Shown in pieces: positions 9,618 to 18,176 of a stretch of 64,000 nucleotides of DNA. This stretch comes from Candidatus Liptonbacteria bacterium. Lineage in GTDB: Bacteria > Patescibacteriota > Minisyncoccia > UBA6257 > JACOXY01. The notes beneath the pieces were generated by a model, which did not search any database, had not been told where the DNA came from, and saw nothing but the letters and a program-made list of their open reading frames with translations. The position numbers and the translations under genes are program-made. Location: assembly GCA_016182095.1 (NCBI GenBank), contig JACOXY010000011.1, positions 67,794 to 131,793 on the forward strand. Reading direction: 5' to 3'. The stretch's first letter is position 1; every line of letters starts with the position of its first letter.

Positions 9618-12065
9618 ATGAAAACGCAAGCAATCCAAAAAAAATATCGCCTTGCCATACTACTCTCACATCCAATTCATTATCTGGTTGATTTCTATCA
9701 AGAACTCCATCGTGATACAGATATTGAAACCATGGTTTATTTTTGTTCTGATTTTGGGATAAGAGCCGGTTATGATTCTACTTTTAACCAAAGAGTTAGA
9801 TGGTATGATGATTCTATCTTAGACGGTTTGCCACATAAATTTTTAAAAAATTTTTCTCCGCGTTCATCAGTTGGCGGATTTTTTAGCATTATAAATCCTG
9901 GAATTGTTCAAGAACTTAAAAATGGAAAATTTGACGCAATTTTGATCCACAGCTACACCCAATGCACCAGCTGGATGGCGTGGCACGCCGCGCAAAAACT
10001 GGGCATTCCCATTCTTTTTAGAGGAGAGTCCTTTCTTTTAAATAAAAGACCCAGGGTCACGCTAAAACTTAAAGATGTATTAGTGCGCCTATTTTTTAAA
10101 AAAGTGTTCGCATTTTTAGCAATCGGTTCATTAAACAAAGAGTATCTTAAGGCATACGGCGCGAGCGAACACCGCATCATATCGGCGCCATATGTCGCGG
10201 CTCCGCCGAGAAAAGATGAATTCGGGGAGGTCGCGGCTCTAAAAGAATCTCTGGGCATTAATAAAGATGATGTAGTTATATTAAGCATCGGCAAACTTAT
10301 ACCCCGAAAGGGACCAATGGATCTTGTTCGCGCTTTTGAGCTTTTAACTAGTGGCTATGCCCCCCGCCTTCGCCAAGGCTTCGGAGGGCAAGCAAACCCC
10401 AAACCCCGCTTGTTGTTTGTTGGCGACGGCCCAGAAAGAGAAAAAATAGAAAACTACTCAAAAGAGAAAAATCTCCGCGTCATTTGCGTCGGATTTATGC
10501 CACCCGAGAAACTGCCGCTTTACTATTCAATAGCCGACATATTCGCGCTCCCGTCCTACTTTGAAACTTGGGGCTTGGTCATAAACGAGGCCATGTCATA
10601 TGGGTTGCCAATCGTAACAACCAAAATGACCGGGGCCGCCTACGATATTGTGCGCGAAGGAGAAAACGGATTTGTTCATCAAGAAGGAGACATTGATTTG
10701 CTAAAGGTCCAAATTGAAAAATTGGTTACTAATCCTGAATTAAGAAAAAAATTTGGAGCTGCTTCCCTTAAAATAATATCGCATTGGAGCTATGTAGAAT
10801 GCGCGGAGGGCTTTAAAAAGGCAATGGAAAGGGCGGGCATGAACGTTGTGGTTATTGATCCGGGGTCGCAGCATTTAAGCGAAAGCGCGATAGCTTTCAA
10901 AAAAGCGGGTATTTTAAGAAAGTACCTAACGGGAATATTTTACGATCATCAAAAATTTCCTTTTAGACTCTTAAAACTTTTGCCGCAACCGGCAAACGCC
11001 CGGCTCGAATACTATTTAAAAAAAAGGGAGAGGTCCGGACTTAAATTCAATGAGGTAAAAACTTTTGGCTTTTACGAATGGGTTTACCTTTTGGGGAAAA
11101 AGGTGTTCCCGGGCCAAGCAGAGAAGCTCATCGGATTAAAAAATGAAAGATTCGGGATTGCGGCAAGCAATTTCAACCAAAAAACCCGTCCCAGAATAGT
11201 TTTTGCTCCGCTTACTTCGGCTTTAAGGGTTTTTGGGTCGGCAGAAAAAATCGGCGCCTTCCGCATACTTGACCAATTCATTGGACATCCTCTGAACTTA
11301 AATAAAGCGCTCGAAAAAGAAGTCGCCCAAAATCCCCGCTTAAAAAATGTAATAAAAGATTTTTCTTCCGAAAAAAGTTTAGAACTCTGTCGACGAGAAA
11401 TAGAAATGGCGGATTTAATTATTACCGGGTCGGAATTCGCCAAAAAGACTTTGATAGAAAACAGGGTTCCTGACTCTAAAATAGCGGTGGTGCCATATGG
11501 AGCCGACATTGAAATGTTCCAGCCACGCGAGAATAAACAAATCGGCTCTGAACTTAAATTATTGTTTGTTGGAAATATAAGCGTGCGCAAGGGCTCTCAC
11601 TATCTTTTGGAGGCAGTGAGAGAATTAAGACTAAAAGGTCATAAGATTAAGCTCATTATGGCGGGACCTATGGAAAATAACTGGTTTTTACGGCAATATG
11701 GCGATTGCTTTGCCTGGATTCCGCCCCTACCCAGATCCAAAATGACAAATATCTATAAAGAAGCGGATGTCTATGTTTTCCCTTCGCTTTTTGAGGGATC
11801 ATCGCTATCCATTTATGAAGCTATGGCGGCCGGATTGCCGATTATTACAACCTACGAAAGCGGCTCCGTGGTGCGCGATGGGAAGGACGGTTTTATCATC
11901 CCCTCAAAAGATCTTGATGAGCTAAAGAAAAAAATTCTTTTCTTTCTAAACAATCCCGATGCAATTGAGACGATGGGTGAGAGCGCGCGCAAAAGAGCGG
12001 AAGAATATACCTGGGAAAGATATTATAATACTCTGATAGAAACTATCAGAGCAAAATTAACCTAA
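9618..12065 (+). CDS. Double GT4 glycosyltransferase fusion
   Basis: Two GT4 signatures: ETWGLVINEAMSYGLP and FEGSSLSIYEAMAAGLP. Confidence 0.9.
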   Translation: MKTQAIQKKYRLAILLSHPIHYLVDFYQELHRDTDIETMVYFCSDFGIRAGYDSTFNQRVRWYDDSILDGLPHKFLKNFSPRSSVGGFFSIINPGIVQELKNGKFDAILIHSYTQCTSWMAWHAAQKLGIPILFRGESFLLNKRPRVTLKLKDVLVRLFFKKVFAFLAIGSLNKEYLKAYGASEHRIISAPYVAAPPRKDEFGEVAALKESLGINKDDVVILSIGKLIPRKGPMDLVRAFELLTSGYAPRLRQGFGGQANPKPRLLFVGDGPEREKIENYSKEKNLRVICVGFMPPEKLPLYYSIADIFALPSYFETWGLVINEAMSYGLPIVTTKMTGAAYDIVREGENGFVHQEGDIDLLKVQIEKLVTNPELRKKFGAASLKIISHWSYVECAEGFKKAMERAGMNVVVIDPGSQHLSESAIAFKKAGILRKYLTGIFYDHQKFPFRLLKLLPQPANARLEYYLKKRERSGLKFNEVKTFGFYEWVYLLGKKVFPGQAEKLIGLKNERFGIAASNFNQKTRPRIVFAPLTSALRVFGSAEKIGAFRILDQFIGHPLNLNKALEKEVAQNPRLKNVIKDFSSEKSLELCRREIEMADLIITGSEFAKKTLIENRVPDSKIAVVPYGADIEMFQPRENKQIGSELKLLFVGNISVRKGSHYLLEAVRELRLKGHKIKLIMAGPMENNWFLRQYGDCFAWIPPLPRSKMTNIYKEADVYVFPSLFEGSSLSIYEAMAAGLPIITTYESGSVVRDGKDGFIIPSKDLDELKKKILFFLNNPDAIETMGESARKRAEEYTWERYYNTLIETIRAKLT
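10360..10393. repeat. Palindromic element inserted in frame in the GT4 gene (peptide PRLRQGFGGQA)
   Basis: GC-rich hairpin cccgccttcgccaaggcttcggaggg next to aaacccc repeats, just before the conserved LLFVGDG strand. Confidence 0.7.
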
Positions 12066-12400
12066 TTTCTAATTATTCTCCGCCCCAGCCAGAGGCTGGT
12101 CAGCCTCAGGCCGAAAAGGCGGATCTGCCTCAGGCACGATAATTGACCTAAATAATTACCAATGCCTAATGTCTATGGGTTAAGGTTAGGAAGCCAGTTT
12201 GGTAAAAAGTCTTTGGGTTAAGTTTCCAAAAACCAACTACTTAACCCCCAAACTAAACCGGCATCTTAACCTTAACCTCTTAACCATTTATTAAACCGGC
12301 ATCTTAACCCTTACCTGAATGCTTTTTTAGAATAATTAGGTTAATTCTTCGGCCTTGCTCAGGATGGTGAGCCTGCCGAACCATTAAAGTAATTAGAATA
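12061..12400. repeat. Intergenic stack of nested palindromic/short-repeat elements
   Basis: ctaattattct...agaataattag inverted ends; hairpins 12085-12136 and 12348-12384; 18-bp direct repeat taaaccggcatcttaacc at 12254 and 12292. Confidence 0.7.
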
Positions 12401-12405
12401 GATTT

Positions 12406-13161
12406 ATGCGGAGTAAATTTTTTTTATTCGTTAAGTGGCTCTTATTCCCCGGATTGGACGTTTCTACGCGCAAAAGAATGAAATTCAAGAAATATTTAGT
12501 GGAAGGCGATATTTTAACTTTGGATGCAGGGTGCGGGAACGGAGCTTTCAGCTTTGCCGCCGCCCAAAAAGGAAACAGAGTTATCGGGATTGACTTTGAC
12601 AAGGAAAAGCTTGGGAGGTGTGAAATATTCAGGGATTATTTGAAAATCAATCCCAAACAATGCCAGTTTAAAGTTTTTAATCTTTATGAACTTCCGAAAT
12701 TAAATCTAATTTTTGACCAGATAATCTGCTTTGAAACTCTGGAACACCTCGCGGAAGATGAAAGGGTGATAAGAATTTTTGCCGAGATCATAAAACCTGG
12801 CGGCATTCTGCATCTTTGCACGCCGAGAAAAAATCGCAAACTAATGTATGGGGAGAAAATGAGTGAAAAACAAGATGGCGGGCATGTGCGGCTTGGTTAT
12901 GAATTTGAAAACTTTAAAACAATGCTTGAAAAAAGTGGGATTTCTATTGTAAAATCCGATAAAGCAGTTGGCTTTTTTGGTTTAATAATCTTAAACATTG
13001 TCCAGTGGATTGGCCTTTCCCCACTCACAAAAGGTCTGCCTAAAATAACCAAGGATGTGTTAAGCGCTTTAATTCTTTTGCCATTATACCCCCTAACTTT
13101 TTTTGATAATCTTATCCCGTCACAAAATTTAAATATTTATGTCCGCGCTATTAAAGCTTAA
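12406..13161 (+). CDS. Class I SAM-dependent methyltransferase
   Basis: LDAGCGNG, ETLEH, KPGG, GHVR motifs. Confidence 0.9.
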   Translation: MRSKFFLFVKWLLFPGLDVSTRKRMKFKKYLVEGDILTLDAGCGNGAFSFAAAQKGNRVIGIDFDKEKLGRCEIFRDYLKINPKQCQFKVFNLYELPKLNLIFDQIICFETLEHLAEDERVIRIFAEIIKPGGILHLCTPRKNRKLMYGEKMSEKQDGGHVRLGYEFENFKTMLEKSGISIVKSDKAVGFFGLIILNIVQWIGLSPLTKGLPKITKDVLSALILLPLYPLTFFDNLIPSQNLNIYVRAIKA

Positions 13162-14554
13162 ACACCTGATACTTGGCACAATAATTGGAGCATCCCTTGG
13201 CGTCCTTATAATCCCTGCTATTTCCATATTTTTTGCGCAAGAGCGCCTGTTGTCTTTATTAATAATGATCCCCTTCGCGCTGCTTCTTGCCCTGCCGCCG
13301 CTTCTTGCAATTTACAAAAAAGAATTTGATCCATTTGAACCAATCTATCTTTGGATTATATTATATGCGTTTCTTTATTTATTAAAACCACTCACCCATG
13401 TCATAACTGGTGTAGGTTTTAGATATGGCGGAGAATATCTAAACGAGGCCCTTTTAATTGCAATAGTCGGCCTCGCATTTTTTTACCTTGGTTACTTTTG
13501 GGGTGTGGGTAAAAAAATAGCTGAAAAATTACCTGTTGTTGCCAAAGAAATCTCACTAAAAAAATTAAGATGGATTGCTTGGGCTTTAATTTTATTAGGA
13601 TTTTGGGGTCTACATACCTATATCCAAATTTCCGGGGGTTGGTTTGAGTTTTGGTCAAAGCCGCATGGATTTGGCGGTAAAGCCAGCATAACAACGGCCT
13701 ATATTTACCAGCTTCCGGAACTTATGATAGTTGGCTTCATTTTATTATTTTTCGCGGTTGTTACCTCTGGTAAAATATCACGAGTTAAAAATCTCTTACT
13801 GCTTAGCATTGCAGGCGCGGGGGGGGTGGGTCTTTACACTTTAATATGGGGGAGTCGCACTAACTTTTCCTGGCTGCTAATATCGTGCGTAGTTCTGTAT
13901 TACGCAAGCAAGAAAAGGCGCCCGTCTCTTGGAGCTTCTTTCACAGTGCTTATATTCCTATTTTTAGCATTGATCACTATCCCCACCTATAGAGGATATG
14001 TATATTTTGGCGGAGATTTTCAAAAAATTTTAGATATGGGCAACTACACCAGATCTTTGAGGCAGGCATTCGGCAATCCAACAGATGAGTTCGGATCATA
14101 CCTTGCTGAAGTGGCTCTTGTTCCCGAAGATGTTCCATACGACTATTTTGCCCTACATCGCCAATTGATCTACCATCCAATCCCACGTCTCATTTGGCCC
14201 GATAAGCCTCCGCTTTTCAACAGAAATTGGGATTCATTTTTAGCAAAAAGCCATTTAAGCTGGGGGGCGGCCGAATCTCTTTTGGGCGATTTTTACGCGC
14301 AGCTGGGAATTTGGGGTATTATGATCGGCACTTTTATATCTGGCGTGCTCTGGAAAACCATTTATTGGTATTTCAAGCGCGATGAAAATAACATGGGCGC
14401 GATGATTATATTTGCCGTGGTACTTCCCAATATGTTCACCTACCTCGCGCAAGGAAGCGCTATTGCGATCTTAAAATGGCTACCGTACATGATGCCGAGT
14501 ACCGTCCTCGCTATTTTTCTAAGCAGAAAAATTGGAAGAAGTGCCAAATCCTGA
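13139..14554 (+). CDS. O-antigen polymerase (Wzy-like) polytopic membrane protein
   Basis: About 11 TM segments; PIPRLIWPDKP loop; GDFYAQLG. Confidence 0.75.
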   Translation: MSALLKLKHLILGTIIGASLGVLIIPAISIFFAQERLLSLLIMIPFALLLALPPLLAIYKKEFDPFEPIYLWIILYAFLYLLKPLTHVITGVGFRYGGEYLNEALLIAIVGLAFFYLGYFWGVGKKIAEKLPVVAKEISLKKLRWIAWALILLGFWGLHTYIQISGGWFEFWSKPHGFGGKASITTAYIYQLPELMIVGFILLFFAVVTSGKISRVKNLLLLSIAGAGGVGLYTLIWGSRTNFSWLLISCVVLYYASKKRRPSLGASFTVLIFLFLALITIPTYRGYVYFGGDFQKILDMGNYTRSLRQAFGNPTDEFGSYLAEVALVPEDVPYDYFALHRQLIYHPIPRLIWPDKPPLFNRNWDSFLAKSHLSWGAAESLLGDFYAQLGIWGIMIGTFISGVLWKTIYWYFKRDENNMGAMIIFAVVLPNMFTYLAQGSAIAILKWLPYMMPSTVLAIFLSRKIGRSAKS

Positions 14555-14564
14555 ACCCCAAATG

Positions 14565-15131
14565 CTAAACAGATTGTAAATGCTCCTTAATGCCAGCGAG
14601 TAAAAATACGCCGGCGAAACTTATAAGCGCAGTGGTGACAACAATGGGCAAACGAGCCGGACCGGCTGGATTATTGGGGACGGCCGCTCTTTCGGTGATT
14701 ATAGGCAGACCTTCTAACGCCCTATCCAATCCTTGGGTTTTCGCAAGAACGCGATAACTATTAAAATTTGGATAAAATTGTACAGTTTTTTCTGACAGTA
14801 GGTTTGCTAAGCGCGCCGATATATTGGGGTTTTCCGAGCGAATTCTTATTATGATGATATTTGTGCTATAGTCATAAACAATTTTTTTGCCAAATACAGT
14901 ATCAGCCAAATCAGCGTTCTCCTTGAAAACCGCTCTTTCTATTTCTTCGCCATTTAAGGTTTCATAGATGAGGCCAAGCACGCTAGCATTTCCAGAATAA
15001 ATCTTTGCGTGAGCGTCGTAAAAATCGGGGCTGTTGTAAACAATCACCACGGAAACTAGCACGGCAGACGTAACTACTCCGCCAATAAACCATCTATATT
15101 TTCTAAGAAGATTGGTGAGGGCTATTTCCAT
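14565..15131 (-). CDS. Wzz-like chain-length determinant
   Basis: Two TMs; LLRKYRW N-terminus; LANL helix; A..P..P..P motif before the second TM. Confidence 0.65.
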   Translation of the reverse strand: MEIALTNLLRKYRWFIGGVVTSAVLVSVVIVYNSPDFYDAHAKIYSGNASVLGLIYETLNGEEIERAVFKENADLADTVFGKKIVYDYSTNIIIIRIRSENPNISARLANLLSEKTVQFYPNFNSYRVLAKTQGLDRALEGLPIITERAAVPNNPAGPARLPIVVTTALISFAGVFLLAGIKEHLQSV

Positions 15132-16471
15132 AAACTTTGTTTTATCCCATGAAGCACAGAAGGAGCGGCAAGTCCCGCGATAACAGCATTAAACGGAATG
15201 GCAATCACATGATAGCGTGAGCCATTCGCAAACATCGGTCCATATATGAAAATGAAATAAAGCGACATCAATACCAAAATTACCGTGACTGGGTGCCTAG
15301 CAAGAACCTCCCCTCTTCTCTGCCATAGCATAGCGTAGCCAAACACAAGCATGATGGCATAGACGGCAAAATAAGCGATGTGATATAAGTGAAGGCCCAC
15401 CATAACTCCATAAACAGCCCGCGATTTTTCAAAAAAACCGAAAAACTGAGATTTATAACCGGCTCCGCGCATAGGAGAACCAAACAAACCTTTTGCCACA
15501 CTCTTCGCATGCGCATACGCGTATGCGAACGGATGTTCTGCAATAATACTAAATCCCAAATCAGTAATTGCGGCATCTCCTGTTTTCTGTGAAAGCGGAG
15601 CGGCGCTCTCGTCTCTAATAGAAAAAAGTTTTTCTTCTGCCTCTTTAGACGATAAACCATATGCTTCTTGAAGAGTCGCTCCGGCAAAACCATAGAAAAG
15701 ATTTTGGCCATTGCCGGCAAAAAGAAACGAGGTGCCATACATGGTTTCATTGCGCGCCATCCATGGGAATATTATTAAAAAGCCGGCTATGAAAAAAACA
15801 AGGGGTGCCAATGCGCTCACTGAAGTGCGCGCTGAAGATGGCGCAAAAAAACCACTCCATAAGACCAAAAAAAGGGCTATGGGGATTACATAGAGTAAAT
15901 ATATACCTACTTTGGCAACCATAAGTGCGAAGCCCAGAACAACGCCGGCCAAGGCAATAATTGCCCATGGGCGCCAATCTCGTAAGCCCCGATACTGTAA
16001 TGCTTTGTGTAGAAAATAAAGCGACAAAAAGTAAAACACAGAACCTAAGGGTTCGGTGGTCGTTCTATCTGCAAAGAGCGCGGAAACAGGGGAGGCGGCA
16101 TAAATAATACCCGCTACAATACCGGGGTATTTACCAAATAGGTCGGAGGCCAGTTTTGCCACAAACAGAACCAATGCAGATGTCGCAAGAATTTGAATAA
16201 AAAGTGGCAATCGCGGATCTGCTGAGCTAAACAGTTTATAAAATACACCCAAATAAAGTGGGTATCCCGGGACTCGAGAAATGTCGCCATTAAATGACTC
16301 GCCGCGAGAAAGTTCAATCCCGGCATTATGGTAATAGAACTCGTCAGTGCCCCTGGTTTCCCCTTTGATATAGGCAATCTCCGGATTAAGCCATACCGGC
16401 CAAAATAGTAAAAGGCGCATAGCAAGTGCGATTAGGAATAAGGCGATTAGGATTTTATTGCTACTGTTCAT
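15122..16471 (-). CDS. GT-C (family 39/ArnT-like) membrane glycosyltransferase
   Basis: DE..Y, R.PGYP, TE and PW..RN motifs; many TMs. Confidence 0.8.
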   Translation of the reverse strand: MNSSNKILIALFLIALAMRLLLFWPVWLNPEIAYIKGETRGTDEFYYHNAGIELSRGESFNGDISRVPGYPLYLGVFYKLFSSADPRLPLFIQILATSALVLFVAKLASDLFGKYPGIVAGIIYAASPVSALFADRTTTEPLGSVFYFLSLYFLHKALQYRGLRDWRPWAIIALAGVVLGFALMVAKVGIYLLYVIPIALFLVLWSGFFAPSSARTSVSALAPLVFFIAGFLIIFPWMARNETMYGTSFLFAGNGQNLFYGFAGATLQEAYGLSSKEAEEKLFSIRDESAAPLSQKTGDAAITDLGFSIIAEHPFAYAYAHAKSVAKGLFGSPMRGAGYKSQFFGFFEKSRAVYGVMVGLHLYHIAYFAVYAIMLVFGYAMLWQRRGEVLARHPVTVILVLMSLYFIFIYGPMFANGSRYHVIAIPFNAVIAGLAAPSVLHGIKQSLWK

Positions 16472-16497
16472 GCATTCAATTTAATCTTCAGAGTTCA

Positions 16498-16905
16498 TTA
16501 AATCAACTTGAAGGTATAATTCTTGTGACAGTAGAAACTGAAATTGGCAACTGCCATAAGCGCAAAGAAATTGGCAAGCATATACCAAATCCCAAAAAAT
16601 TCTACAAAAAGATACAGTAGCGCCTGATTTAAAGTTATGCTAATAAGAGCTATGCCGACAAAAATAGAAAATTGCGCCAAGATACGCCGACTTCGATCTT
16701 TAAAATTAAACATCTTATTAAGAACAAAGCTGACAATTATGCTGACAAGGTATGCGATAGCGGCTGAATAAAAATACCAAATACCGGCAAATTCTGTTAG
16801 CACATAAAGAACCACCAGATCCGCCACCACTGCAATCCCCGAAAAAAAAGCATAGCCAACATATAGACGCCAATTTTCTTTAATGATTCTTATAGCATAT
16901 TCCAT
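16498..16905 (-). CDS. GtrA family flippase
   Basis: 135 aa, 4 TMs, SF.LNK..NF pattern. Confidence 0.85.
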   Translation of the reverse strand: MEYAIRIIKENWRLYVGYAFFSGIAVVADLVVLYVLTEFAGIWYFYSAAIAYLVSIIVSFVLNKMFNFKDRSRRILAQFSIFVGIALISITLNQALLYLFVEFFGIWYMLANFFALMAVANFSFYCHKNYTFKLI

Positions 16906-17056
16906 AATAGAAGCGACGCCATATAAAAATTATAAGCAAATTTGTCGATATTATGAGTTAGATTTTTTTAAAAACCTCGCACGCCCAAACATGGGACCAA
17001 TGTTGCCGGCCCGCGGCAACATCCGACATCTGAACTTCCTTTTATTAGAAAATTCA

Positions 17057-17193
17057 CCTATCCGGAAGAGACAATAATTTCATTGCATAAAATCATCGGC
17101 TTATCGGAAACGGGCATTGGTGGTTTTCGGCAACGAATAATCCGATTCTTGAAAACGACGTCTCGAGCCAGCCGTTGGTATAATATTTGCCAT
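17057..17193 (-). pseudogene. Relic of a sugar-nucleotidyltransferase N-terminus
   Basis: MANIIPTAGSRRRFQESDYSLPK then, after a frameshift, PPMPVSDKPMIL; resembles the IPMAG.G.RF...GY.LPKPL..V..KPMI motif; early stops. Confidence 0.65.
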
Positions 17194-17316
17194 AATTTAT
17201 TCATTTTGCATTTTAAAATAACCTAAGTCAAGCTTAATTTAGCACGCTGATTTGCTATATAAACAAACATATGTTATTACTTAATTTAGTAGATAATAAT
17301 TTGTTACTGAGGTAAT

Positions 17317-17934
17317 ATGCTTATCGTTGAACATAGAGTCAACACAATTTCTGGATTAAAAAATGTTGCGCCCGAACATGGGGTTGAAATTGACATGCGC
17401 CACGACACGCGCAATGACCGTTTGTATTTAAGCCACGATGTTCTTGTGGGAGAAAAGCTTAACGCCACAGACGATCTTGACTCATACATGGCAAATTTTC
17501 ATCATGCGTTTGTGGTCTTCAACGTAAAAGAGGCCGGCATTGAACAGCGCTGTATTAACCTCGCGGCTAAATATGGCATTCCTAAGTCAAAATATTTTCT
17601 GCTTGATGTAGAATTTCCATACCTTTACCGCGCATCACGCAAAGAAGGGGTTCGTGAAATTGCAGTGCGCTATAGTGAAGCCGAGCCGATAGAAATGACT
17701 TTGGCGCAAAAGGGATTGGTGGACTGGGTTTGGATTGATACAAATACCACTCTTCCACTTGATAAAGCAACGGTGGAAAAACTAGGTGGCTTTAAGACAT
17801 GCCTTGTCGGTCCGGATCGCTGGAGCCGCCCCAATGACACAATCCCCTACTTACAGAAAATAAAAGAATTTGGGCTACCGCTTACCGCTATTATGGTAGG
17901 AAAAGAATATGTGCATTTGTGTGAAGGATTCTAG
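17317..17934 (+). CDS. GDPD/PLC-like phosphodiesterase of glycan loci
   Basis: HRVN, GVEID.R, L.HD, NVKE, WVWID motifs. Confidence 0.7.
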   Translation: MLIVEHRVNTISGLKNVAPEHGVEIDMRHDTRNDRLYLSHDVLVGEKLNATDDLDSYMANFHHAFVVFNVKEAGIEQRCINLAAKYGIPKSKYFLLDVEFPYLYRASRKEGVREIAVRYSEAEPIEMTLAQKGLVDWVWIDTNTTLPLDKATVEKLGGFKTCLVGPDRWSRPNDTIPYLQKIKEFGLPLTAIMVGKEYVHLCEGF

Positions 17935-18176
17935 AAAGCAGGTACAAAATTAATGACCCGCGTTGCTCGAGCAATGCGGAGTTTTTTATTTTCGTGGCAA
18001 TTCTAAAAGAAATGATATGCCAAATTCTTTTAAGAAATCCATTATCATACTTTTATCCGGTCACAAACCAATTACAAACCCATTTTCATTTTTTACATTA
18101 TTTCGGTTGTAAAAAATTATTTTCCGTTTAATTTATCATTGCGCTTCTTGAAAAACTCATTTCACTATTTATAAGT

